Source of the DNA: Planctomycetota bacterium
Lineage (GTDB): Bacteria; Planctomycetota; UBA11346
Assembly: GCA_044338255.1 (NCBI GenBank)
Contig: JBIILZ010000006.1
Location: 1-62,056 of the forward strand
Reading direction: 5' to 3'
Length of the DNA: 62,056 bases
Position 1 is the first letter of the stretch, and each line of letters opens with the position of its first letter. The translations under genes were made by a program, and so were the position numbers. Positions 37,879 through 47,655 of this stretch are shown piece by piece. The notes beneath the pieces are model-generated. The model made no database searches. It worked only from the letters and a program-made list of their open reading frames with translations, and was not told the DNA's origin.

Positions 37879-39495
37879 CTAACGCGGTAACGGCTGATCG
37901 TAGATGCGCGTCGGCGGCAGGGGCTGATCCGCCGGTAGCAGATCCGCGCCCCAGGTACGCAGGCGGCCCTGCCAACCGACCAGCGGCAGCACTGTGCGCC
38001 CGATATCGAGAAACGACGCCAGACGCGGATCCCGCCGCGCAGGCGCGCCGCTGTTGAGGAACACTAGGGGCACGTACTCGCGTTGGCCTTCGGGCCCGCG
38101 GGTGCGATCGCTGGTGGGCAGGCCCGCCGCGTGATCTCCAAACAACACCACCACGCCCTGCGGTGAGCGGGCGAGGAAGGCGCTGATTAGGCGTTCGAGC
38201 TGAGCATCGGTGGCCGCCAACGCGTTGTCGTAATCGCTGCCTCGATCGGGACCGCGCCACCAACTGCGATATTGTACGAAGGGCGTGTGGCTGCTCATGG
38301 TCACGACATGGAGTACGAACGGCGAGGGCAAGGCCGTCAGGCGCGGAATCAGCGCCTCTACCAGTTCGTTGTCGCGAGCCCCGAATTCTCCGGGATGCTG
38401 TTGCAGCCCGAGGTCGTGGATATCCCACAGCTCATAGCCAAGCCGCGGCATGACCTGGGCGAAATTGAAATACATCCCCGGCAGGCCATGCGCCAGGGCC
38501 GTCTGCCATCCTGCCCGGCGCAAGCGCATGATCCATGAATTCGGCCATAGGCAGGCCGGCTGATCGAAGCTCACCGCCATCCACAACGGTTCGACGCCTT
38601 CGATGACAGCGACATCGCAGTCCGAGGATCCGCCCGGCCCGTGGTAGCTCAGACAACGCGGAAACCACACGCCTCCGGCGGCGCGTTGCGCGAGGTGCGG
38701 CATCGCTCTCTCGATGCCGCCGACATCGAGGGACTCAACCTGGATCACCAGCAGGTCGCGCCGCGCGGTGCTTGGGGTGCTTGAGGTGCTTGAGGTGCTT
38801 GAGGTGCTTGGGGTGCTTAAGGGGACAGGTGCGACGATTTCGGTCTCAGGGCCGTAGCGCAGGGACGGCGCCGAAGGCGCCCGCCAGGCCTCCTGCAGCT
38901 GCAGCGGCAGAAGTCCATATTGACGCACGAACACCGCCTGGGCGGTATAGCGATCATCGCGTTCGCGGGCCGCCCACTGCAACGCGGCATCGACCTGCCA
39001 CACCAGCCAGGCAGTGGAGCTCAGCAGCAGGACGGCAGCAGCCGCCGACCAGCGCCCTGGCCAGCGCCGGCCATCGCACCAGCACCACCACAGCAGGGCC
39101 GGCACATCGGCAAGCAGCCAGAGCATGCCCAGGCTCAGCGGGACCACGCCGAAGCTCACGGCGGTGGCGCCTTCGCGGCCGACACTAAGGGCCGTGGCCC
39201 AGGTTAGGTGCAGACCGAAATAGGAGAAATAGCTCCAGCACAGCGCGAGGTAGAGCGTTTGCAGGCCCCACCCCAGGCCGACGCCGACGACCCCCAGGCC
39301 GCGCCACGCTGTCCACCAGCACAACGCCTGACCGAAACAGATCAGCGCTCCGAGGAGAACCTTGTGGGCATCCGAATACGCGAAGGACAGGGCCGTCGCG
39401 AAGGCCACGGTCTTGGCGGTGGAAAGACCAATGACCATGGCCCAGGCCCACCAGGCCGCGAACGTCTGGCGGCGAGGTGGGGGCACTGTCGACAC
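37879..39495 (-). CDS. LTA synthase / phosphoglycerol transferase-like sulfatase-fold membrane protein
   Basis: About 5 N-terminal TMs; IQVESL, GGSSDCD, AHG, TMSSHTPF, FGDH. Confidence 0.8.
   Translation of the reverse strand: MSTVPPPRRQTFAAWWAWAMVIGLSTAKTVAFATALSFAYSDAHKVLLGALICFGQALCWWTAWRGLGVVGVGLGWGLQTLYLALCWSYFSYFGLHLTWATALSVGREGATAVSFGVVPLSLGMLWLLADVPALLWWCWCDGRRWPGRWSAAAAVLLLSSTAWLVWQVDAALQWAARERDDRYTAQAVFVRQYGLLPLQLQEAWRAPSAPSLRYGPETEIVAPVPLSTPSTSSTSSTSSTPSTARRDLLVIQVESLDVGGIERAMPHLAQRAAGGVWFPRCLSYHGPGGSSDCDVAVIEGVEPLWMAVSFDQPACLWPNSWIMRLRRAGWQTALAHGLPGMYFNFAQVMPRLGYELWDIHDLGLQQHPGEFGARDNELVEALIPRLTALPSPFVLHVVTMSSHTPFVQYRSWWRGPDRGSDYDNALAATDAQLERLISAFLARSPQGVVVLFGDHAAGLPTSDRTRGPEGQREYVPLVFLNSGAPARRDPRLASFLDIGRTVLPLVGWQGRLRTWGADLLPADQPLPPTRIYDQPLPR
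38767..38818 (-). repeat. 9-bp coding repeat x about 6 (STS/STP linker)
   Basis: GGTGCTTG(A/G) units on the + strand. Confidence 0.9.
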
Positions 39496-39499
39496 CGGC

Positions 39500-40993
39500 T
39501 TACTTGAGCTTCATCATCGCCGCGCCGAGGCGTTCAAGCACCAGCATCTGACCGATCTGCGCCAGGGTATCGAACAGCGGCGGGGTCTCGCGACGACCAG
39601 TAGCGGCCACGCGCAGCAGCGAGAAGATAGTCTTGTTCTGCCACAGGGCCGCGGCCGCGACCTGTTCCGGAGTCGCGCCGATGGCCGGCGCCTGACTGCG
39701 ATCAGTGATGATCCCGCGCACCAGGGCTTCCAGCGAGGGCGCGTCCCACACTGCCTGTTCACCGGCAGCGAAATTCTTGAGATCCTTGTGCAAGGTCTCG
39801 ATGAGGGCCTTGGCCTGGGCCTTGTCGAGACCCTTGGGCACGAGGTCCTCGACGTGGTGGGTCACGGCGGTGGCGTAGAACGGCTCGGCCTGGGCGAGGA
39901 AATCGCCGCCGCAGGTCATGCGCTCGTTGAGCAGCGGGAAGAGCCCGGCGAAGCGGCTTTCGACAGCGCGCATGACCTCCTGTTTGGCGCGTTCCGGAGA
40001 CAGCTCGCGGAAATAAAGGCCCTGTAGATGGCGCAGCTTGGCGAGGTCGAAGACCGGCCCGGCGACGTTGATACGATCGAGATCGAAGAAGCCGATCATC
40101 TCGTCGAGCGGGAACTTCTCCTTGCCCTCGGGATGCGAATGCCCGAGCAGGGCGAGGAAGTTCAACAGCGCCTCGGGCAAGAAGCCCTGAGCCTGGTACC
40201 ACTTCAATGACGTGGGGTTCTTGCGCTTGCTGATCTTCGACTTGTCAGCATTGCGCAGCAGGCCGACGTGCACGTATTCGGGCGGCGTGAAGCCGAGCTT
40301 CTCGTTGAGCCAGATGTGCTTGGGCAGCGAATTGAGCCATTCCTCGGCACGGATCACGTGGGTGATCTTCATCAGGTGGTCATCGACCACCGCCGCCAAG
40401 TGGTAGGTCGGCCAGCCGTCGCTCTTAAGCAGCACCTGATCGTCGATGTCCTTCCAGGCCTTGACCACCGGCTGCTTGCGCAGGCGGTCCTTGTACACGA
40501 ACTCGCCCTCGATGGGGGTCTTCATGCGGATGACGTAGGCTTCGCCAGTGGCGGCGCGCTTGAGGGCCTCTTGGTGATCGTAGCCACGGTAGCGGCGATC
40601 GTACATGATCGGCTCATTGGCGGCACGCTGACGGGCCTTCATCGCCTCCAGTTCACGGGCCGTCGCAAAGCAGTAATAAGCGTCGCCCTGGGCGATGAGC
40701 TGATCGGCGAATTTGCGGTAAAGGCCAAGCTTCACGCGCTCGCTCTGGACATACGGCCCATGCTCGCCGCCGACATCCGGACCCTCGTCGTAATTGAGGC
40801 CCATCCATTTCATCGCCGCGTAGATGTTCTGCGCCGATTCCTCGGTGCAGCGCGTCTGATCGGTGTCCTCGATGCGCAGGACGAACTTTCCCCCGTGGTG
40901 CTTGGCGAAACAGTAATTCATCAACCCGATGTAGGCCGTGCCTACGTGCGGGTCGCCGGTGGGAGAAGGAGCAATGCGGACGCGTACAGTCAT
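39500..40993 (-). CDS. gltX: Glutamate--tRNA ligase
   Basis: RIAPSPTGDPHVG, LRIEDTD, PTYH.A.VVDD, KISKR. Confidence 0.97.
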   Translation of the reverse strand: MTVRVRIAPSPTGDPHVGTAYIGLMNYCFAKHHGGKFVLRIEDTDQTRCTEESAQNIYAAMKWMGLNYDEGPDVGGEHGPYVQSERVKLGLYRKFADQLIAQGDAYYCFATARELEAMKARQRAANEPIMYDRRYRGYDHQEALKRAATGEAYVIRMKTPIEGEFVYKDRLRKQPVVKAWKDIDDQVLLKSDGWPTYHLAAVVDDHLMKITHVIRAEEWLNSLPKHIWLNEKLGFTPPEYVHVGLLRNADKSKISKRKNPTSLKWYQAQGFLPEALLNFLALLGHSHPEGKEKFPLDEMIGFFDLDRINVAGPVFDLAKLRHLQGLYFRELSPERAKQEVMRAVESRFAGLFPLLNERMTCGGDFLAQAEPFYATAVTHHVEDLVPKGLDKAQAKALIETLHKDLKNFAAGEQAVWDAPSLEALVRGIITDRSQAPAIGATPEQVAAAALWQNKTIFSLLRVAATGRRETPPLFDTLAQIGQMLVLERLGAAMMKLK

Positions 40994-41191
40994 GAGGGCG
41001 AGGAGGATCGCCAACTGCCGGAAAATGGGAAGGGAGAGTGTCCCGCAAGAGTGTCGAGCAAGGGTGTCGCGGGGGAGCCCCGGCGCAGGCCGGTATCAAC
41101 AAATTCACTTCTCCATACCATGCCTGCCATTGTTTTTTTCGCGAACGGGCATATTTCATGCAGTGGTTCGCCAACGTCATGGAGTTCTACG

Positions 41192-42805
41192 ATGCCTCGT
41201 TCACCTCTCATTCCCTTATTTTCACGCGCCTTGCAGCAGCTGCGCCGAAGTCGCGCGCAAGGCCTACCGGTTGCGGAATTGATCGAAATGGAGGCCGAAC
41301 GCGCACGTTCGCGTCGCAAATTTCTACAAGGTGTCGCGGTCGCTGGCGCGGCTCTCGCCTTCGCCCCCCTGGCCCAGGCCAGCGATAATCTGCGGACCTT
41401 CGCCGCCGTGAGCCGACCGCCGTGCCGACCGCCGGTAGTGGCGATCATCGGCGGCGGCACCGCCGGACTGCATTGCGCTTATCGTCTGAAGAAAAAGGGC
41501 CTCCGTGCCACCGTCTACGAGGCCACCGCGCGCACCGGCGGGCGGATGCTCTCGAACCGCACGACCTTCGCCAGCAGCGGACAGACCTGCGAGCTGGGCG
41601 GCGAGTTCATCGATACCTCGCATAGGACCATGCGCCAACTGGCCCATGAATTCGGCCTGACCCTCGAGGACAAACGCACCGACCGGCCGGGGCTCACCGA
41701 CCTCGTCGGCTACTTCAATGGTCGCAAGGTGCCCTACAGCGAACTGCTGACCTTGTTCGCACCGATCGCGGCGGCCATCGACGATTCATTGGCGACCCTC
41801 ACCGTGCCCGACAATGGCATCACCTATGCCGACCCCAACGGTGGCGAATGGCTGGATAATCTCTCACTCACGCAGTGGTTTGATCGCGAAGGCATTCACG
41901 GCATCGGCCGTGAACTGGTCGAGACCGCCCACGTCATCGAGTGGGGCCTCGATGCCGATGAGATGAACGCCTACGACATGCTCGGCCTGATCTCGACCGG
42001 CACCAAGAAGATCGAACCCTTCGGCGACAGCGATGAACGCTTCCACGTCAAGAACGGCAACGATCAGATCCCGCGCAAGCTCGCAGAAGGCATCGACGGT
42101 CAGATCGAGACCGGCCGCGTCCTCGAATGCGTTACCCAACGTGCCGATGGCAAATACGTGGTCGCCTTCGCCTGTGGGCGGCAGGTGATCGCTGATCACG
42201 TGGTCAGCGCCATCCCCTTCAAATTACTGCGCGAAGTACAGCTCAGGGTCGATCTCCCGCAGCTCAAGCGGGTGGCGATCAACGAACTCGGCTACGGTCA
42301 GAACAGCAAGTGCATGACCGGCTATCGCAGTCGTCCGTGGCGTGCGCAAGGTTCCGATGGCCAATCGTTCTCCGATCTGCCCTTCCAGAATTCCTGGGAT
42401 ACGGCACAGATGCAGGCCGGGGTCCACGGCATCCTCACCGAGTACACCGGCGGCAGCCGGGCGCTGGCGGCAGGCAACGGCACGACCAGCGCGCATGCCG
42501 GGGCATTCGTCAGCCAAATCGATCGCGTGTATCCCGGCGCCGCCGCCGCCTATGACGGCAAGGCGATCCGTCAGAACTGGCATCGCATGCCCTTCAACCG
42601 CGCTTCCTACAGTGCGTACCTGGTGGGCCAATATACGAAATTCGCCGGTACCGAAGGCGATCGCGTCGGCAATTTCCACTTCGCCGGCGAACACACCGAC
42701 TTCGACAATCAAGGCTACATGGAAGGTGCCGCCCGCAGCGGCACGCGCGTGGCCAAGGAGATCCTTGCCGGCAGCGTGGCCAACACGCTTTCCGCCGCCG
42801 GTTGA
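41192..42805 (+). CDS. Flavin monoamine oxidase family protein with twin-arginine motif
   Basis: SRRKFLQG plus hydrophobic stretch and AQA; IIGGGTAGL, EA..RTGGR, ELGGEFID, FAGEHT, GYMEGA. Confidence 0.9.
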   Translation: MPRSPLIPLFSRALQQLRRSRAQGLPVAELIEMEAERARSRRKFLQGVAVAGAALAFAPLAQASDNLRTFAAVSRPPCRPPVVAIIGGGTAGLHCAYRLKKKGLRATVYEATARTGGRMLSNRTTFASSGQTCELGGEFIDTSHRTMRQLAHEFGLTLEDKRTDRPGLTDLVGYFNGRKVPYSELLTLFAPIAAAIDDSLATLTVPDNGITYADPNGGEWLDNLSLTQWFDREGIHGIGRELVETAHVIEWGLDADEMNAYDMLGLISTGTKKIEPFGDSDERFHVKNGNDQIPRKLAEGIDGQIETGRVLECVTQRADGKYVVAFACGRQVIADHVVSAIPFKLLREVQLRVDLPQLKRVAINELGYGQNSKCMTGYRSRPWRAQGSDGQSFSDLPFQNSWDTAQMQAGVHGILTEYTGGSRALAAGNGTTSAHAGAFVSQIDRVYPGAAAAYDGKAIRQNWHRMPFNRASYSAYLVGQYTKFAGTEGDRVGNFHFAGEHTDFDNQGYMEGAARSGTRVAKEILAGSVANTLSAAG

Positions 42806-42828
42806 GCAACAGCTGCCATTGGCTTCTC

Positions 42829-42859
42829 GCCGCCGGTCAACCACCGGCGGCTTTTTTTT
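42829..42859 (+). terminator. Rho-independent terminator
   Basis: GCCGCCGGT-caacc-ACCGGCGGC followed by T8. Confidence 0.9.
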
Positions 42860-42905
42860 ATACTTTTTACCACCCTTCACGGTGAACCCTTCGCCTTGCC
42901 GCGGC

Positions 42906-42929
42906 ACTGAATCCAGTACCGTATTCAGT
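42906..42929. promoter_or_regulatory. Putative toxin-antitoxin operator
   Basis: ACTGAAT-N10-ATTCAGT inverted repeat, with a CAGTACCG direct repeat, just upstream of the antitoxin. Confidence 0.55.
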
Positions 42930-42942
42930 ACCGAGGCATGCC

Positions 42943-43242
42943 ATGGTCGTCCGCACCCAATCCATCAGCTACGTCAAAGCTCATCTCGCGCGGGTGATCG
43001 ACGAGGTCCGCGATGGCGGCGGCCCGCTGATCGTCACGCAAAACGGCTCGACCGCTGCCATCATCCAGGATCCCGAGTCCTACGAACGCACGCAGCAGGC
43101 CATGGTCATGCTCAAGCTCGTGGCCATGGCGGATGAGGATCTCCGCCACGGCCGCACCCACACCCATGCGGAAGTCTTCGCCGCTGCCCGTAAACGGCTC
43201 GCCCTGGGTAAAAAGCCCGTCCGCAGAAAAGCCGGCGCGTGA
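42943..43242 (+). CDS. Phd/YefM family antitoxin
   Basis: ISYVKAHLARVIDEV...PLIVTQNG...IQD.ESYE. Confidence 0.9.
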   Translation: MVVRTQSISYVKAHLARVIDEVRDGGGPLIVTQNGSTAAIIQDPESYERTQQAMVMLKLVAMADEDLRHGRTHTHAEVFAAARKRLALGKKPVRRKAGA

Positions 43243-43568
43243 AGCGCTGGCGGGTCATCTACGGTGACGGAGCCAAGGGCGACATCCTCGGGATCGTGGA
43301 CTACATCCTCGCCCGAGACAACCTCATCAATGCCGCTAAGGCACTCGCGCGACTGGAAGATCGTATCGGCACCTTAACGACGCTGCCGGATCGCGGCCGG
43401 GTCGTGCCCGAACTCTCCTGGCACGGCATTACCAACGTCCGTGAAATCCTCGAGAAGCCGTGGCGCATCTTATATCAGGTCAAAGCCAGTGAGGTCCTGA
43501 TCCTGGCGGTCTATGATGGCCGCCGCCATCTGAACGACGTTCTCCTCGAGCGCTTCCTGCGCTCTTGA
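43239..43568 (+). CDS. RelE/ParE family toxin
   Basis: A..DI..I.DYI, P.RGRVVPEL, RE....WRILY, ILAVYDGRR; GTGA overlap with the antitoxin. Confidence 0.9.
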   Translation: MKRWRVIYGDGAKGDILGIVDYILARDNLINAAKALARLEDRIGTLTTLPDRGRVVPELSWHGITNVREILEKPWRILYQVKASEVLILAVYDGRRHLNDVLLERFLRS

Positions 43569-43665
43569 TCATATCTGTTTCGAGTTCCCCGACAGCGGTG
43601 TTAACGCAGACGGTTTGGCGAACCTCAACCTTGTGCCCGGTGCGATGGCGGCTCGACTCGTTGCG

Positions 43666-44319
43666 ATGCGTATCTGCCAATGCTGGGATGATGGGAACCT
43701 CGACGACCTCCGGCTCTGCGCGTTGTTGCGCCGACATGGAGCGACGGCGAGCTTCAATCTCAATCCCGGCCTGATCCGTGCGGAGCGCTATTTCGGCTGG
43801 AATTATCGCGAGACCAAGGCGGTGTGGAAATTGTCGCGGGCGGAATTGACGACCGTGTATGCGGGCTTCGACATCGCCAACCATACCGACACCCATCCGC
43901 ATCTCCCGACCCTCGGCGATGCCGACGTGCAGCGCGAGATCCGCGACGGCCGCGACCGTCTCGAGCAGCTCTTCGAGGCTCCCGTCACCGGCTTCGCCTA
44001 TCCTTTCGGTGAATACGATCAGCGCATCATGGCGGCGGTCCAGGCTGCCGGGCACACCTATGCGCGGACCTGCCTCACGGCTCCCGACGTGCTCGCCGCG
44101 CCCGAGCGCATGGCCCAGCCGACCAGCACCTTCCATCTCGCCGAGGATTTCTGGGCAGTGTTCGAACGCGTGCGCGCCGCCGATGGCGTGTTCTGGTTCT
44201 GGGGCCATTCCTACGAGTTCATCACCGAGGACGACTGGCTCGCCTTCGACGCCAAGCTCACGCGCATCAATGCCACGCCCGGCGTCGAATGGGTGCGTCT
44301 GCCCGAGCTTTTCGCCTGA
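43666..44319 (+). CDS. Polysaccharide deacetylase family protein (NodB fold)
   Basis: WDDG, HTDTHP, FAYPFG, WGHSYE. Confidence 0.88.
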   Translation: MRICQCWDDGNLDDLRLCALLRRHGATASFNLNPGLIRAERYFGWNYRETKAVWKLSRAELTTVYAGFDIANHTDTHPHLPTLGDADVQREIRDGRDRLEQLFEAPVTGFAYPFGEYDQRIMAAVQAAGHTYARTCLTAPDVLAAPERMAQPTSTFHLAEDFWAVFERVRAADGVFWFWGHSYEFITEDDWLAFDAKLTRINATPGVEWVRLPELFA

Positions 44320-44326
44320 CGGGTGT

Positions 44327-46126
44327 TCAGGCGTTGATGATCTCCGACAGGCCCAGCCATTCCTCTTCGCAGGCGGCGATCTTGGCCTGGACCTCGGCGA
44401 GTTCGAGGGCTTCCGCCTCCTGATAGACGGCGGGGTTCTTGGCGAGCATTGCTTCGAGCTGCTTCTTCCGTTCATCGAGACGCTTGAGGTCGCGTTCGAC
44501 GCCCTTGATACGCTTGCCGGCATCGCGGGTGTCCTGGGCACTGACCGGCTTGGCCGCGGCCTTGCCGGCATCGGCGGTCTTGGTCGGTGCCGGAGCGCCG
44601 GTCTCTGCCCGGGCTTCGAATTCCAGGCGCCAGCAATAGGCCGCGTAGCCATCGGGGAACAAGGTCGCGCGACCGTCCTTGACCTCGATCACCTGGGTGG
44701 CGATGCGTTCGACGAAGGTGCGATCGTGACTGACCAGGAACAAGGTACCGTTGTAGGCCTTGAGGGCATCGGCGAGGGCCTCGACGGTCTCGAAGTCGAG
44801 GTGATTGGTGGGCTCGTCGAGAAGCAGGGCGGGATAGCGTCCGAGCAGCAGGCCGCACAGCAGCAGACGCGAACGCTCGCCGCCCGAGAGGACCTTGATG
44901 TGCTTGTCGACTTCGTCGCCGCGGAACAGGAAGGTGCCGGCGAGGTCGAGCACATCCTGGGTACGGATGTGCGGACCGGGGGCGGCGGAGGCCTGCTTCT
45001 CCAACCAATGGCGCACGGTCTGGTTGTCCGGCAGCGACTGGAAGACGTGCTGCGCGTAGGTGCCGATGCGCATCTCATAGCCCCACTTCTGGGTGCCGGC
45101 CAAAGGCGGCAGGGCGCCGGCAATGGTCTTGAGGAAAGTCGATTTTCCTTGGCCGTTATCGCCCACCACCGCCACGTGGCTGCCGCGATCGAGATCGAAG
45201 GTGATGCCCTCGGCGATCACTACCGGCTTGCCACCGGGACTCGCCGGCGGGTAGCCGATGGTGATGTCCTTCATCAGCAGCGCCGTGCCGCTGCGCGTTT
45301 CGGAATTGGGCAGGCGCATCTCGAGCACCGCCTCGCTCTGATCGAGCTCGACCTCTTCGAGCTTCTCAAGCTGCTTGCGCCGCGACTCGGCCTGCGTGGC
45401 CTTGCTGGCGGTGGCCTTGTTGCGGGCGATCCAGTCGGTGAGCTCGGCGCGCTTCTCGCGCACTTCGATGTTCAACTTCTCGGCCTGCTCGCGGCGGGCC
45501 TTCTGATAGGCGAGGTATTCGGTGACCCGCCCGGGATAGATGGTCATCTTTCCGCGCGCCACCTCCAAGGTGTCGGTGCAGGTGCGCATGAGGAATTCGC
45601 GATCATGCGAGACCACCAGGTAGCCACCGGGGAAGGTCAGCAGGAACTGCTCGAGCAGCAGCAGAGTCTTCAGATCGAGGTAGTTGGTGGGCTCGTCGAG
45701 GATCAGGAAGTTGGGCTCTGAGAGGAGCATCGAAGCCAGGCGCACACGGGTCTGGAAACCACCCGAGAGCGCCAGCGCGGTGCGCCCGAGCAGCTCCTGG
45801 TTGAGCAGGAATTTTCCCGCCAGTTCACCGCAGCGCCATTCCGCGGCGCCGCTCTTGCGCACCAGAAACTGGAGGACGGTCTCATCGGCGCCGAAGGGAT
45901 CCTTCTGTTCCAGGTACGAGAGGCGCAGATCGGCATGCAACTTGATCGAGCCGGCATCGGGCTCCTCTTCGCCGAGGATCATCTTGCAGAAGGTCGATTT
46001 ACCGGCGCCATTGCGGCCGATCACGCCGACGCGCTGCGACTCGCCGATCGCGACTTCGGCGTCCTCGAGAATGGCCTTAGGGCCGTAGTGTTTATGAAGA
46101 CCGGAAGCTTGGATGACCGTACGCAT
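44327..46126 (-). CDS. ABC-F family ATP-binding protein
   Basis: Two ABC domains (GRNGAGKS/LSGG/LDEPTN; GDNGQGKS/LSGGE/LDEPTNHLD), no TM, C-terminal coiled coil. Confidence 0.95.
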   Translation of the reverse strand: MRTVIQASGLHKHYGPKAILEDAEVAIGESQRVGVIGRNGAGKSTFCKMILGEEEPDAGSIKLHADLRLSYLEQKDPFGADETVLQFLVRKSGAAEWRCGELAGKFLLNQELLGRTALALSGGFQTRVRLASMLLSEPNFLILDEPTNYLDLKTLLLLEQFLLTFPGGYLVVSHDREFLMRTCTDTLEVARGKMTIYPGRVTEYLAYQKARREQAEKLNIEVREKRAELTDWIARNKATASKATQAESRRKQLEKLEEVELDQSEAVLEMRLPNSETRSGTALLMKDITIGYPPASPGGKPVVIAEGITFDLDRGSHVAVVGDNGQGKSTFLKTIAGALPPLAGTQKWGYEMRIGTYAQHVFQSLPDNQTVRHWLEKQASAAPGPHIRTQDVLDLAGTFLFRGDEVDKHIKVLSGGERSRLLLCGLLLGRYPALLLDEPTNHLDFETVEALADALKAYNGTLFLVSHDRTFVERIATQVIEVKDGRATLFPDGYAAYCWRLEFEARAETGAPAPTKTADAGKAAAKPVSAQDTRDAGKRIKGVERDLKRLDERKKQLEAMLAKNPAVYQEAEALELAEVQAKIAACEEEWLGLSEIINA

Positions 46127-46245
46127 GGGCGGGGCAGAGTCGTCACCCGGCGCGAGGCTCAAGTGGCGCCCTGCAGTCGACGAAGTAGGGTAAGGGGATG
46201 GGCCCCCCCTTGGCGTTTCTTCAGCACTACCGTCGAACCTCCTTG

Positions 46246-47655
46246 ATGTTACCAAGGTTGGCGACCCTGGCGCTGGCCGCGGGCTTCACCACTACCCTGC
46301 AATTTGTCGGTGTTCCGGCATTTTTAACCACCTTCCTGGTGCTCTGCTGGGGCCTGCTGGGCGGCCTGGTCCTGGGCATGGCGGGCTTTATTGCGGCGCT
46401 CGTTCCGTTGTGCACGCTGGTCCCGACACTTTTCAACGATGCTGACAGTAGCCCGCTGGCGGTGATCGGCTGGACTGCGGCCTCGGGAAGCTTGGCCTTG
46501 CTGTGGCACCTCTTAGAGGTCGCGCACTGGCGCCACGCCACCCGCGACCTGCGCGATCTGCTACGCCAGAGCCAACATCAGCAGCGTCACCTGGCCAACA
46601 GCGTGGGGCGTTACCCAGCACTGCAGGAGGCCAGCTTGGCCCTCGCCGGGGTGCGCGACATCGACCATTTGGCGGAAGAGCTCTGCCGACAGATCCGGGC
46701 CGTGGTCCCCGATTGCCTCGTCGCCCAAGTGCACATCGGTCTCGCCAACCAACTCAGCTGCCGCGCGAGCGCCGATTCCGAGGGCAGCCCGGTGCCCACC
46801 GAGCCCACCGAGGATGAGTGCTATGTTGCAACCGAGGCGCGCATCCTCACCCGCCGTGCTCCCGAACACATCCGCGTGATGCTGCCCTTACGCGGCGAAC
46901 GCCGAGGCAACCATTCCCGCGATGCCTTGTGCGGCGTTCTGGTGGTTGCCCTGCCCAACGATATCCAGGCCGAGCAGCTGCATGTCGAGATGCTGACCGC
47001 CCTCGCGCAGCTCGGCGGCATCGGCCTGGCCGCCGTCGATCTCGTCGGGCGAGCACGGGCCCTGGCCTTGCGCGATGACCTCACCGAACTGTTCGGCCAA
47101 TTCGAATTCCTGCGTCGCCTCGATGAACAGGTGGCGAGCGCCCGTCGTCAGCAGCAACCCCTCGGCCTGGTGATGTGCGACCTCGACCATCTTAAGCGCT
47201 TCAATGATTCATGGGGCCACGCGGCTGGCGATGTCGCCCTCAAGACCGTAGCCCGCGCCATCCAGCGCGTGGTTGAACCGATTTCCGGCGGCATCGCCTG
47301 CCGCTATGGCGGCGAGGAATTCGCGCTCTGCCTCCCCGGCTGCTCCGAGGCGTCGCTGAAGGCCATCGCCGAACGCCTGCGGATGGATATCGCCAGCGCC
47401 ATTTCCGATCCCCTGCATCCCCATCGCCGGGTCAGCGCCTCGTTGGGCATCGCCTCGCTGCGACCGCTGGAAACCAGCCGCGCCATGCTCGTCCGCGCCG
47501 ATGCCGCGACCTATCGCGCCAAGGCCAATGGACGCGACTGCGTCGAGAGCGCCAACGATATCGGGGAGCTCGACCCGGCGCAGCCGCTGCCCACCGTGAC
47601 CCAGCATTTTTTCGCCGCCAGCGTGCCCCTCCACAGCGGCCCGGCCGACTCATGA
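46246..47655 (+). CDS. Membrane diguanylate cyclase (GGEEF) with GAF-like middle region
   Basis: N-terminal TMs; DDLT, DLDHLKRFNDSWGHAAGD, RYGGEEF, ADAATYRAK..GR. Confidence 0.9.
   Translation: MLPRLATLALAAGFTTTLQFVGVPAFLTTFLVLCWGLLGGLVLGMAGFIAALVPLCTLVPTLFNDADSSPLAVIGWTAASGSLALLWHLLEVAHWRHATRDLRDLLRQSQHQQRHLANSVGRYPALQEASLALAGVRDIDHLAEELCRQIRAVVPDCLVAQVHIGLANQLSCRASADSEGSPVPTEPTEDECYVATEARILTRRAPEHIRVMLPLRGERRGNHSRDALCGVLVVALPNDIQAEQLHVEMLTALAQLGGIGLAAVDLVGRARALALRDDLTELFGQFEFLRRLDEQVASARRQQQPLGLVMCDLDHLKRFNDSWGHAAGDVALKTVARAIQRVVEPISGGIACRYGGEEFALCLPGCSEASLKAIAERLRMDIASAISDPLHPHRRVSASLGIASLRPLETSRAMLVRADAATYRAKANGRDCVESANDIGELDPAQPLPTVTQHFFAASVPLHSGPADS

Noticed and set aside
40268-41191. 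N-terminal extension of the amine oxidase (845-aa ORF)
   Set aside because: Antisense to gltX; oxidase features begin only after 41192.
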